A DNA stretch of 64,000 nucleotides from assembly GCA_047517285.1 (NCBI GenBank), contig JAKZTE010000004.1:5500-69499 (forward strand). Reading direction: 5' to 3'. Both the position numbers and the translations under genes were made by a program. The stretch is from Nitrososphaerales archaeon (lineage in GTDB: Archaea; Thermoproteota; Nitrososphaeria; Nitrososphaerales; UBA57). Under the pieces are notes generated by a model. It had not been told where the DNA came from and did not search any database. It saw only the letters and a program-made list of their open reading frames with translations. Below are positions 21,939 through 31,598 of this stretch, piece by piece; the first letter of the stretch is position 1, and every line of letters begins with the position of its first letter.

Positions 21939-22696
21939 TGTTTATCACCGATAAATAATGTTCCAATATGCTCGCCCTTTAATGCTTTGATTAAATTTTT
22001 AGAGTTCAGTCCATTAGTAATCTGAACTTCAATGCCAAGATTAGCAATTTTTAGACCTTGAGTTATTTTCGTTTTAATACCACCAGTAACATCATAATTG
22101 ATTTTAGAAAATTTAAGATTATTGTTATTGTTCTTAATTATAGGAACTAAACTAGAACTATCATCGAGATTTTGATATATGCCATCAATATTTGATGCAA
22201 AAACAACACGTTTTGGGTTTAGTAATTTACAGAGATCATACACAATAAGATCGCCAGAATGAATATAGAATCCATTATTGCTAAGTAATACATCTCCAAA
22301 GGTCATCGGAACTAAATCAAAAGAGATACTTTTTTGTAATGTATTTTTCCAGATATTAGGAATTTTTCTATTATGATACATGTAAGTGGGTGAAAAAGAA
22401 AATGTGTTAACGCCATTTTGATGGAATATTTCGACAATCTTGTGATTTAATGATTGCATAGAATCTCGAATTTTTACAACGTGTTTAGTGGATCTTGTAA
22501 GTTTACTAGAGATTCCATAACGTTTAGCGTAATAATGTCCAAAGGAACCTGCTCCATGAACAATAATCAAGGGTTCGTTAAATTTTTTAATTACATTAGA
22601 TAGTTTTTCAACAGAATTACGATTAAATGTAAGTGCTTTGGATTTTTTAGTGATTACAGAGCCACCTAATTTAAGAATTGTTAATTTATTGACCAT
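21935..22696 (-). CDS. ipk: Isopentenyl phosphate kinase
   Basis: LKLGGSVIT, HGAGSFGH, SGD, DVTGG. Confidence 0.93.
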   Translation of the reverse strand: MVNKLTILKLGGSVITKKSKALTFNRNSVEKLSNVIKKFNEPLIIVHGAGSFGHYYAKRYGISSKLTRSTKHVVKIRDSMQSLNHKIVEIFHQNGVNTFSFSPTYMYHNRKIPNIWKNTLQKSISFDLVPMTFGDVLLSNNGFYIHSGDLIVYDLCKLLNPKRVVFASNIDGIYQNLDDSSSLVPIIKNNNNNLKFSKINYDVTGGIKTKITQGLKIANLGIEVQITNGLNSKNLIKALKGEHIGTLFIGDKH

Positions 22697-23619
22697 ACCT
22701 TTACACCTTGTTGTGGAATCTTTACAGAAAATGTTTCGAAGTTCATTTTATTTAATTCGTCAATAATTACTTCAATATATTTAGAGGGTGAGATAGCAAT
22801 AATGGAACCGCCTCCTCCACCGCCAGTAATTTTCGCTCCATAAGATCCTAACTCGAGGCATTTTTCTATCATATTATCAGTTACAGTAGAACTTAGACCG
22901 AAACAATTCAGAGTGGAATTAAAGAAATTAAAATAGGAGCCGACAGAAAGATAGTCTTTTTGTGAGAGTGCCGATAATGTTTTTTTAGTCAGTGTATTAG
23001 ACGAGTCTACTAAACTATGAAAAGAATATGGTTTTTCATTTCGGAAATTCGTGAATTTATTTACCATATTTGATGTTTTTCGGCGTTTGCCGCTAATTGA
23101 TACAATTAATTCAGGATTATGTTTAAGATTAATACGTTTAGGAGCATAGCCTTTACGAAATGATACGAGTCCTCCCATTATACTGGTGGCAACGTCGATT
23201 CCTGAGGGATTACCGTGAACTTCCTTTTCCCCGTACATAGCAAGATCAAATAGAGTTTTTCGGTCAAGTTTGGTATTAAAAAGTGATGCAACAGAAGCAG
23301 CAGTAGCCACACATAAGGCGCTAGAAGAACCTAGACCTGAACCACGAGGAATGTTCGATTCGATGTTGATAGAGAGTGTGTTTTTTTTTCCCAGATATTC
23401 TAGGGTTTTATTACGAACAATATAAACAGGATCGTTTTTTATATTGTATTTCGCTAAAGAAATTTTTTGATTTTTATATTTAACAGTATCATGTGATGAG
23501 AAACTACTGGAAATGCGTATATTTTTATTTATTGCAGCGGCCAATGCTTGGGAGCCATGAACAACAAAATGTTCCCCGGTAAGAATAATTTTACCTGGAG
23601 CTTCTGCAATTGATATCAA
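22681..23619 (-). CDS. mvk: Mevalonate kinase
   Basis: PGKIILTGEHFVVHG, PRGSGLGSS, SGID, KITGGGGGG. Confidence 0.95.
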   Translation of the reverse strand: MISIAEAPGKIILTGEHFVVHGSQALAAAINKNIRISSSFSSHDTVKYKNQKISLAKYNIKNDPVYIVRNKTLEYLGKKNTLSINIESNIPRGSGLGSSSALCVATAASVASLFNTKLDRKTLFDLAMYGEKEVHGNPSGIDVATSIMGGLVSFRKGYAPKRINLKHNPELIVSISGKRRKTSNMVNKFTNFRNEKPYSFHSLVDSSNTLTKKTLSALSQKDYLSVGSYFNFFNSTLNCFGLSSTVTDNMIEKCLELGSYGAKITGGGGGGSIIAISPSKYIEVIIDELNKMNFETFSVKIPQQGVKVWSIN

Positions 23620-23686
23620 ATTACTATTTATAATACATTACAACAATAAAAATCAGCGGGTAATTATAATTAGAGAAAGATAGGAA

Positions 23687-24352
23687 TTATTCGTCTTCGA
23701 CTAATTTTGTCTCGAAATCTTCAATTGAATATGGTAATGATTCGTCTAAAGATAATTTACCTGATTGTTGGAGAACAGATTTTGATAATAACCACATAAC
23801 TGCAGCGAGTGCTTTACGTCCTCTATTATTTGCAGGAATAACAAGATCAACATTTTCAGTAAGGTTATCAGTATCACATATAGCAATTACAGGAATACCA
23901 ACTTGAGATGCTTCAATAACTGCTTGTTGATCCATCGAAGGATCTGTTACTATAACTGCTTCAGGGTCTAAGTGTTTAGGATACAAGGGATTAGTAAAAG
24001 TTCCTGGCATGAATCTTCCTGTTAAAGGAATTGTTTCAGTAAGTTCTGTAAATTTTGTTACAGGTGTTTTACCGTATTCTCGGGATGAATAGACGACAAT
24101 ACGGGATAAATCAAAATTAGAAATAAATTTAGAAGCTAATTCAATACGTTGTAAAGTTTTAGCAACATCAATGATATGTAGTCCATCAGGGCGAGTTCTA
24201 CTGATAAAACTAGACATAGATTTAGTTTTAACAAGAGTACCTACACGAATACCTGTAGATAATAGAACTTGTTCAGATACATGTTTAGTAATAGAGCTAT
24301 CTATATTATCGCCTGTGCCTACAACATCTTCGGTTTCGAAATTAACTGACAT
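23687..24352 (-). CDS. rps2: 30S ribosomal protein S2
   Basis: GRFMPGTFTNP, DTDN, IPANNRG; start set at MSVNF. Confidence 0.97.
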   Translation of the reverse strand: MSVNFETEDVVGTGDNIDSSITKHVSEQVLLSTGIRVGTLVKTKSMSSFISRTRPDGLHIIDVAKTLQRIELASKFISNFDLSRIVVYSSREYGKTPVTKFTELTETIPLTGRFMPGTFTNPLYPKHLDPEAVIVTDPSMDQQAVIEASQVGIPVIAICDTDNLTENVDLVIPANNRGRKALAAVMWLLSKSVLQQSGKLSLDESLPYSIEDFETKLVEDE

Positions 24353-25607
24353 ACTTTTTAACCCTCGCAATAGGCATCGACATGTTATTATTTATAAAGT
24401 TAGTTTCCTCAATTCGAATTAATTCATTTAATTTTGAAATTCTTTCTCCGCCAACGACTCCACTTTTCATCATAACAGAACCTGAACCTATAGCAATATG
24501 AGCCAGATGTCTGTCCACTGTATCTCCAGAACGGTGGGAGGCAATAATTGCATAGTTATGTTTATTACACAAATTCGCAAATTCCATTGCGTCACCTAGT
24601 GCTCCAGCCTGATTTACTTTGAGAATAACAGAATTACCAGCATTTTGATCTATACCTGTTTGAAGTATAGATGTATTAGTAACAAAGAGATCATCTCCAA
24701 CTATTAAGCAATTGTCGCTTTTGGATGAGAGTTGAGTAAAATCGGAAAAAGCCTCTTCGTGTAAAGGATCTTCGATATAAATTAAATTATATTTTTCAAT
24801 TAGTTCAAGAACATAAGCGATTTGTTCTTCGGTGTTACGAGTTTTATTTTCACGAGAATATATGTATAGTTCCTTATCGGGATTCCAAAGAGAAGAAGAT
24901 GCAACGTCTAACCCTAATCTAATTTCAAATCCAACTACGTCTGACACTGTATTAATTGCTTCTTGAGCAACTTCAAGCGCTTCAGTATTTGATAATTGTG
25001 GAGCCCATGCTCCCTCGTCGCCTTTTCCGCCAGAAAATTTTGAGTCTTTCTTATCAATAATTTTCTTGATTTCTTTATGAACCATCAAATTAGCTTGTAT
25101 TCCAGAACGTATTGAATCAGCGCCAAGAGGATAAGAAAGAAATTCTTGAATATCAGTAGAGCCGTTTCCTGCATGCATACCGCCACCTAGAACGTTTCCT
25201 AAAGGCAGAGGCATTTCAGCTGGCGTCCCATTCAAAAGTATTTCATAAATCGGTTTATTAAGAATCTGAGAAGCTGCGTCAATAGATGCAAGTGATATTG
25301 CATATGCAGCGGAGCCTCCTATATTGGAATAATTATCTGTCTTATCTGCTTCTTTTAAGATATTCTTAAGATTGTATATATCAGAAGTATCAGCGCCAAT
25401 CAAATGAGATTTATATTTATCAAGGTATTCGATGGTATCTTGACATTTTGAGTTTCTAAAAGAAACAGCCTCGAATTTACCAACGCTAGCACCAGCAGGA
25501 GATGAAGCAGTACCTACAATGTCGTCAACATATACATCAACTTCGATGGTTTCACTGCCACGACTATTATAAATTAAACGGGATTTAATATCAGTAATTT
25601 TTGTCAT
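24342..25607 (-). CDS. eno: Enolase
   Basis: NSRG, GDEG, EDP, VGDDL, LKVNQ, SHRSG. Confidence 0.96.
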   Translation of the reverse strand: MTKITDIKSRLIYNSRGSETIEVDVYVDDIVGTASSPAGASVGKFEAVSFRNSKCQDTIEYLDKYKSHLIGADTSDIYNLKNILKEADKTDNYSNIGGSAAYAISLASIDAASQILNKPIYEILLNGTPAEMPLPLGNVLGGGMHAGNGSTDIQEFLSYPLGADSIRSGIQANLMVHKEIKKIIDKKDSKFSGGKGDEGAWAPQLSNTEALEVAQEAINTVSDVVGFEIRLGLDVASSSLWNPDKELYIYSRENKTRNTEEQIAYVLELIEKYNLIYIEDPLHEEAFSDFTQLSSKSDNCLIVGDDLFVTNTSILQTGIDQNAGNSVILKVNQAGALGDAMEFANLCNKHNYAIIASHRSGDTVDRHLAHIAIGSGSVMMKSGVVGGERISKLNELIRIEETNFINNNMSMPIARVKKYVS

Positions 25608-25635
25608 GAATTAGTATTGCCTCGAGTATATACAA

Positions 25636-25866
25636 TTAGGAAAAATCGAATTCCCTTCTCTTATCATGGAGACTCTGGTGATATTGGAGTATTTGATCAA
25701 TTACATTAGAATTAGATAATAACATTCTTCTACAACAATATCTTATAACTCCAAGATCGTTAAGAATATCTGCGGGACTTTCGCCATTAGATGTTCGAGA
25801 TTCTAAAGTTTCAAGTTTATCTGCAATAACTGCGCCACAACTAAAACAACGAATTGGAATCATCAA
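25636..25866 (-). CDS. rpoN: RNA polymerase subunit Rpo10 (N)
   Basis: IPIRCFSCG, RYCCRRML. Confidence 0.97.
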   Translation of the reverse strand: MMIPIRCFSCGAVIADKLETLESRTSNGESPADILNDLGVIRYCCRRMLLSNSNVIDQILQYHQSLHDKRREFDFS

Positions 25867-25883
25867 GAATAAATATCAACAAC

Positions 25884-26288
25884 CTATCTGTACGATTTTT
25901 GTTTTCTTCTTCGTGCACCTGGACCGCCAAATTTCTTTGATTCGCTTCGACGAGAATCTCCAGAAAGAAGATGTTTATCGAATTCAGAAATTCGAGTTTT
26001 AATATCTTTATTTTTAAAATGTAATATTAACGCTCTTGATATTGCAATTGCACACGCTTCAGCTTGACCCATATATCCACCGCCAGAGACTCGGATACTA
26101 ATATCGACTTTATCTCTATCATCGCCAATTAATTCTAGAGGGGTTAGCATTCTTTCTCTTGCCATTAATGGAGTAACAATTTCAACAGGAGTTTTGTTTA
26201 TAAACACCTTACCAGTTCCTCGACCAATTACAGCAGTAGCTTTAGCAGTTTTTCTGGAAGCAGGTATTAATGTGGATTGCTTTTTCAT
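25884..26288 (-). CDS. rps9: 30S ribosomal protein S9
   Basis: RKTAKA, GGGYMGQA, KKFGGPGARRRKQKSYR; start set at MKKQ. Confidence 0.97.
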   Translation of the reverse strand: MKKQSTLIPASRKTAKATAVIGRGTGKVFINKTPVEIVTPLMARERMLTPLELIGDDRDKVDISIRVSGGGYMGQAEACAIAISRALILHFKNKDIKTRISEFDKHLLSGDSRRSESKKFGGPGARRRKQKSYR

Positions 26289-26737
26289 TCTAATTTTCTC
26301 CATCCCATAGATGAACATAATTCACCAATCGTAGTATAATAAGATAATGACCTTGGCGCCAATGCAGTCTCAACGGTTTTATGTTCGGCTTTTTGGTATT
26401 TTTCTGGAACTGAGATATATACACGTAGACGTTTTTTAGCTGCATTACCTTTAGGTTTTTTATAAGGAAGCATGCCTCTAACCATCTTTTCTATATATGT
26501 ATCAGGACGTCTAGGATGGAAAGGGCCATGTTTTGGATGTACACGGCTAGTGATTTCTAATCGCAATTCATTTTCCTTAAGAATATTAGCTCTACTGCCA
26601 GACATAAGAATTTTTTCAGCGTTAACTAATACAACATGATTGCCATTTAACAGCGTTTTAGCAACTACAGAGCATAAACGTCCTGCGAGATGTTTATCCC
26701 CATTAACTACAATAGTGGATTCAGAATCAGCCAACAA
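26285..26737 (-). CDS. rpl13: 50S ribosomal protein L13
   Basis: AGRLCS, GPFHPRRPD, VRGMLP. Confidence 0.96.
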   Translation of the reverse strand: MLADSESTIVVNGDKHLAGRLCSVVAKTLLNGNHVVLVNAEKILMSGSRANILKENELRLEITSRVHPKHGPFHPRRPDTYIEKMVRGMLPYKKPKGNAAKKRLRVYISVPEKYQKAEHKTVETALAPRSLSYYTTIGELCSSMGWRKLE

Positions 26738-27059
26738 AAATCTTTACACCTTTTCCATCAGGATTTGTTTCAACAAGTTTTTCAATCAACATAGTTGTTC
26801 CACCTGCACTCTTAATTTTTTCTTTTGCGCTTTCAGAGAAAGCTACAGCGCCAATAGTGATTGAATGTTCAATTATACCAGCTCCAAGAACTTTACCTGG
26901 AACAGCGATAACGTCACCGGTTTTTGTAACCTTAGATAATTTTCCAACATTAATTTCATGTTTTTGTTCAAGTCTTTTTACAATATTAATCCAGATTTTT
27001 GCGTGGTTTTTTCGCGCAACGCGTTTTATTGATTCAATACGATAATCATCAAATGTCAT
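26727..27059 (-). CDS. rpl18e: 50S ribosomal protein L18e
   Basis: INVGKL, VPGKVLGAG, FSESAKEKI. Confidence 0.94.
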   Translation of the reverse strand: MTFDDYRIESIKRVARKNHAKIWINIVKRLEQKHEINVGKLSKVTKTGDVIAVPGKVLGAGIIEHSITIGAVAFSESAKEKIKSAGGTTMLIEKLVETNPDGKGVKIFVG

Positions 27060-27060
27060 T

Positions 27061-27696
27061 TCATGCAGATTCCTTAATTGTTTCAGTCATATTCTTTAAT
27101 TTCGTATTTAATATATTTGTAGCTTGTAATAATATTTCTTTTGCAGGTAAACTTCCATTTGATTCTATTGTAAGATGAAATTCAGATGCATTATCAGTAT
27201 CAGTAAGTGTAGAAACAGTAGCAGGTTGCCATTTAGCATGATCACGTCCTTTACCTAGCTTTGCATAAGCTTCTAATTTTATTTTTTGATTTGGTGCAAG
27301 TTTCGCAACTGGAATATTATCAAGATGAGGTTTAACACGAGTGTCTTCAGATACGAGATCGCCAGAGTAAATAGTTTTTACTTCGTCGTTAGCAACAGCA
27401 TCAAGAACTAATAAAACCCGACATTTAGTACAACCTAAAGAGGTCTTACAAGAACAGTCTTGTGGTAGTATGTATCCTTCTAAATCAGTAGTTAGAGGAA
27501 TTAGTCCTAAACGATGAGCAAGTATTTCGTCATATAAAACCGAAGAATTTTCATGAATTACTATTTCGTCTATGGCCATACATGGAACTTCACTAATAGC
27601 AAAGCGTCTCAATGCATTAGCATAAACTCTGTCTATGCCTTTTAGAAGTAATTTTACATGTGAATCAGATGATTCTAAGATTTTGATGGTTACCAA
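27061..27696 (-). CDS. rpoD: RNA polymerase subunit Rpo3 (D)
   Basis: ANALRR, EILAHRLGLIPL, HAKWQP. Confidence 0.96.
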   Translation of the reverse strand: MVTIKILESSDSHVKLLLKGIDRVYANALRRFAISEVPCMAIDEIVIHENSSVLYDEILAHRLGLIPLTTDLEGYILPQDCSCKTSLGCTKCRVLLVLDAVANDEVKTIYSGDLVSEDTRVKPHLDNIPVAKLAPNQKIKLEAYAKLGKGRDHAKWQPATVSTLTDTDNASEFHLTIESNGSLPAKEILLQATNILNTKLKNMTETIKESA

Positions 27697-27799
27697 TTTA
27701 CGTCTCCTTAATACCTTAGTAAACGCAGAATATTGTAATTAAAACCTTATCATTTTTCGAGAAAGATTAATTAGACGCACCATCTAAATAATTATAAAA

Positions 27800-28267
27800 T
27801 TGTCGACCGAATTCAAGTACATAGTAAGAATAATGGGCAAAGACGTCAGTGGTACAAAGAAAGTAATCCCATCGCTCTCAAATATTAAAGGAATAGGCAA
27901 CAATCTAGCACATTATATGGTAAAATCACTAGGAATAGACAAAAATTTAAGAATGGGAATGTTAACTGATGAGCAGGTTAATTCTATAGAAGAAAATATT
28001 AAGAATATGGGCGAGAAATACCCTGAATTTAATCTAAATCGTCGAAAAGATATGCAGACTGGTAAAAATTCACATAATATAGAAACAGATTTGATTGTAG
28101 CAAAGAAACAAGATATAGATTTAGAAAGAATTTTGCAAAGCTGGAGAGGAACAAGGCATTCATTAAACTTGAAAGTAAGAGGCCAAAGAACAAGATGTAC
28201 TGGAAGATCTGGAAAAGTTGTAGGTGTACGTAAATCAACACTAAAACCAGGAAAGGCGAGTAGTTAA
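27800..28267 (+). CDS. rps13: 30S ribosomal protein S13
   Basis: IKGIG, SWRGTRH..LKVRGQRT. Confidence 0.96.
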   Translation: MSTEFKYIVRIMGKDVSGTKKVIPSLSNIKGIGNNLAHYMVKSLGIDKNLRMGMLTDEQVNSIEENIKNMGEKYPEFNLNRRKDMQTGKNSHNIETDLIVAKKQDIDLERILQSWRGTRHSLNLKVRGQRTRCTGRSGKVVGVRKSTLKPGKASS

Positions 28268-28930
28268 ATGGGAGATCCAAAATATTCGCGAAAGAAATCT
28301 GCCAGACCTAGAAATCCATGGCAACGAAATCTATTAAAAGAAGAGTTAGAACTAGTTGGTAATTTTGGTTTAAGAAATAAAAAAGAACTTCATGTAGCAT
28401 CTACTGAATTATCAAGAATCAGAAAACAAGCCAGACAACTTTTAGCTGCAACGACCGAGATTAGAACGACAAGAGAACCGGTTTTATTATCATCACTAAC
28501 AAGGAAAGGAATTGTTAATGAAGATGCAACGTTAGATAATGTATTAGCGCTTAATGTTTCGAATTTTTTGGAAAGAAGATTACAAACAGTAGTATTAAAA
28601 AAAGGATTAGCTAGAACTCCACATCAAGCACGACAATTAGTTACACATGGTCATATAGCAATTGGAGAGAACAGAATAACGATACCAAGTTATACAGTAA
28701 CACGTAATGAAGAACAGTTGATAAAAATGACAGAGAATAGTACATTTGTACTTCAAGAAATAGCAGTAAAAGAAGTAAAAAGTGATACGTATGGAAACCC
28801 AGATGAAAAAGAAGAATTAAATGGTAAAGTAGAAGAAAAGCCAGCTGAGAAAGCTAAGGCGGAAGAAAAGCCAGCTGAGAAAGCTAAGGCGGAAGATATA
28901 AAAACTAAAGAGGAGTCAACAGAGAAATGA
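28268..28930 (+). CDS. rps4: 30S ribosomal protein S4 with acidic C-terminal tail
   Basis: [29 protein letters not shown]. Confidence 0.97.
   Translation: MGDPKYSRKKSARPRNPWQRNLLKEELELVGNFGLRNKKELHVASTELSRIRKQARQLLAATTEIRTTREPVLLSSLTRKGIVNEDATLDNVLALNVSNFLERRLQTVVLKKGLARTPHQARQLVTHGHIAIGENRITIPSYTVTRNEEQLIKMTENSTFVLQEIAVKEVKSDTYGNPDEKEELNGKVEEKPAEKAKAEEKPAEKAKAEDIKTKEESTEK
28832..28896 (+). repeat. About 2.2 copies of the same 30-bp coding repeat found in rps24e
   Basis: GAAGAAAAGCCAGCTGAGAAAGCTAAGGCG twice plus GAAGA, identical to the rps24e unit. Confidence 0.95.
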
Positions 28931-29328
28931 GTATTTCTGATGTATCAAAGAAATGGGGAATAGTGCATATTTTTAGTAGTTATAATAATACAATTGTTCA
29001 TATAACAGACTTGAGTGGTTCGGAAACAATTGCAATAAGTTCTGGTGGAAGGCATGTTAAAGCTGATAGATTCCAAGCGACGCCATATGCCGCAATGAAA
29101 GCTGCCCAAGCAGCGGCAGAAATTGCTAGATCAAAAGGGATAGAACACTTACACATCAGAGTACGTGCAGTTGGAGGAGTAGGTGGAAGAACTCCAGGAC
29201 CTGGAGCACAAGCAGTAATCAGAGCAATTGCAAGAGGAGGATTTAGAGTAGGGAAAATTGAAGATGTAACACCAATTCCTCATGACACGACTAGAAAAGC
29301 TGGCGGTAGAAGAGGAAGAAGAGCATAG
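28927..29328 (+). CDS. rps11: 30S ribosomal protein S11
   Basis: [34 protein letters not shown]. Confidence 0.97.
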   Translation: MSISDVSKKWGIVHIFSSYNNTIVHITDLSGSETIAISSGGRHVKADRFQATPYAAMKAAQAAAEIARSKGIEHLHIRVRAVGGVGGRTPGPGAQAVIRAIARGGFRVGKIEDVTPIPHDTTRKAGGRRGRRA

Positions 29329-29364
29329 TTTTTTATCTGTTAATATAGCTTCAAGATTTTAATT

Positions 29365-31131
29365 ATGTGTGGAATAACTGGATATATTGGGAATAAAGAT
29401 GCAGCTCCAATTTTATTAAAATCATTAAAAAGAATGGAATACAGAGGTTATGATTCAGCAGGAATTTCAACTATTTATGAAGATAAGATAATAATAAAGA
29501 AGGATATTGGAAGAATAGATTCAATAAATGAAAAAATTCAATTATGGAAAGCAAAGGGTAAAGTTGGGATCGCCCATACAAGATGGGCTACACATGGAGG
29601 AGTAACAAAAGAAAATGCTCATCCGCATTTATCATGTAATAAAGAAGTAATACTAGTTCATAATGGGATTATAGAAAATTACAGAGAATTATTTAAAGAG
29701 TTATCAGATAATCATAATTTTCAGAGTGAAACAGATTCAGAAGTAATATCACATTTAATTGAAGAAGAATACAATAAATTAAAAGATCCGATAAAAACAT
29801 TACAGAATATTAGTAAGAAATTAAACGGTAGTTTTGCACTAATCATAATTTTTAGCGATAGAACAAATGAAGTCTATGGAGTAAGAAAATATGCACCGTT
29901 AATTGTTGGAATTGGAGAAAAAGAGAATTTTATTTCGAGTGATATTGTTTCTTTCATAGATTATACAGATAATGTAATATTTTTAGAAGACAAGGAAATA
30001 GTAAAAGTTACACCGAATTCAATTGAAATACTAAACTTTGATGGAGATAAAGTAACACGAGATAAAACACATGTAGCCTGGGAAGCAGCAGATATTTCAA
30101 AAGAGGAATTTTCACACCATACTATTAAGGAGATACATGAACAAAGCTCTACGGTAAAAACTGCATTAAATCAAGATAAAGAAAAATTTGAAAAATTTGT
30201 CAAAGAATTATCAAGTGGAAAGGATATTTTTATCACCGGATCGGGTTCAAGTTTTCATATAGCGTTAATATTTAAGAAAATGCTTACAAAATTTGTAAAA
30301 AGTCAGGTACAGGTGTTTTTATCTAGTGAATCAGAAGAATATATAGAATTAATGGATGAAAATTCAATATTAATACCTATATCTCAGAGTGGAGAAACTG
30401 CAGATTTACTTGAAGTAATTCGTAATTTGAAAGACAAAGAAGTTACTATTTTATCAATATACAATACAATAGGTTCCTCATTGTCAAGAGTAAGTAACAT
30501 TAGTCTGAATCTAAATTGTGGGCCAGAGATTGGAGTTGCTGCAACTAAAAGTTTTACATCTCAATTAGCAATAGTATACAAAATAATATTTGAATTAGGG
30601 AAGGTGAAGGATGGTAATGAAAAGATAGAGAAATTATCTGAGCAAATAAAGGAGATTATATCAAACGAAAAATCATTACATGAGATAATAGAATTACTGA
30701 ATGAATCAAATGATGTATATTTCTTAGGTAGATCAATACATCATCCAATTGCATTAGAAGGTGCATTAAAGCTAAAAGAGCTCGCGTATATTCATGCTGA
30801 AGGAATGGCAGCAGGTGAAATTAAACATGGAGCATTAGCTCTTGTTGAGGAAGGGACACCTGCAATAATTATTAATCCAAAAGATGAATCGTATGAGGAT
30901 ACTATGAACAATGCAATAGAAATGAAAGCAAGAGGCGCAAAGATAATAGGAATATCAGTTGAGAATAACGAAGTGTATGATTATTGGATAAAGATTCCCA
31001 AAGTAGATAATATTTTGTATCCGTTGATTGAGCTTATTCCATTACAGCTTTTAGCATACTATACGGCAATAAGAAGAAAGAATAATCCAGATTATCCAAG
31101 AAACTTGGCGAAATCAGTTACAGTAAAATAA
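29365..31131 (+). CDS. glmS: Glutamine--fructose-6-phosphate aminotransferase
   Basis: MCGI, EYRGYDSAG, HTRWATHG, SQSGET, PRNLAKSVTV. Confidence 0.98.
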   Translation: MCGITGYIGNKDAAPILLKSLKRMEYRGYDSAGISTIYEDKIIIKKDIGRIDSINEKIQLWKAKGKVGIAHTRWATHGGVTKENAHPHLSCNKEVILVHNGIIENYRELFKELSDNHNFQSETDSEVISHLIEEEYNKLKDPIKTLQNISKKLNGSFALIIIFSDRTNEVYGVRKYAPLIVGIGEKENFISSDIVSFIDYTDNVIFLEDKEIVKVTPNSIEILNFDGDKVTRDKTHVAWEAADISKEEFSHHTIKEIHEQSSTVKTALNQDKEKFEKFVKELSSGKDIFITGSGSSFHIALIFKKMLTKFVKSQVQVFLSSESEEYIELMDENSILIPISQSGETADLLEVIRNLKDKEVTILSIYNTIGSSLSRVSNISLNLNCGPEIGVAATKSFTSQLAIVYKIIFELGKVKDGNEKIEKLSEQIKEIISNEKSLHEIIELLNESNDVYFLGRSIHHPIALEGALKLKELAYIHAEGMAAGEIKHGALALVEEGTPAIIINPKDESYEDTMNNAIEMKARGAKIIGISVENNEVYDYWIKIPKVDNILYPLIELIPLQLLAYYTAIRRKNNPDYPRNLAKSVTVK

Positions 31132-31134
31132 AAT

Positions 31135-31368
31135 TTAGACGTCAGTGATTTCTTTATCTTCTTGATATGTCCATTCGTCTGAAGAGAGGCGATTACCTTC
31201 TTTGTCGTAACAACATAATTGACCACCTTCATCTTTTGTTTTACTATGTGAAGCATCGCAAAATGGATAGGTTTTACTAATACCGCACATACAGATTTTG
31301 ACTTTATCGCCAGAAGGTGTTATATGAATGAAGGGTTTGTCGGTAGAATGTTTAATTAATCTAGTCAT
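31135..31368 (-). CDS. CDGSH-type [2Fe-2S] protein
   Basis: C-M-C-G-I-S-K-T-Y-P-F-C-D-A-S-H matches the CDGSH consensus. Confidence 0.9.
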   Translation of the reverse strand: MTRLIKHSTDKPFIHITPSGDKVKICMCGISKTYPFCDASHSKTKDEGGQLCCYDKEGNRLSSDEWTYQEDKEITDV

Positions 31369-31427
31369 GAGAAATTCATACTAATAATTGGTAATAAACT
31401 TTGCAAGTAGAACTAGAGGATATTTAG

Positions 31428-31524
31428 TGGGCACGCCCGGATTTGAACCGGGGACCTTCGCCGTGTAAAGGCGACATCCTAACCATTCTAGGAGTTAAAT
31501 CAACTCTGACTAGACGACGCGCCC
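31428..31524 (-). tRNA. tRNA-Val(TAC) with 22-nt D-loop intron (31486-31507)
   Basis: Acceptor GGGCGCG/CGTGCCC+A, anticodon arm TCGCC-TTTACAC-GGCGA, GGTTCAAATCC T-arm; BHB splice motif. Confidence 0.95.
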
Positions 31525-31598
31525 CCTATATAATTTTCATTAATGATTATTTTAAGTCTTCATCCTTAAATTAGATTTTATAATTAATCTAATAGAAC

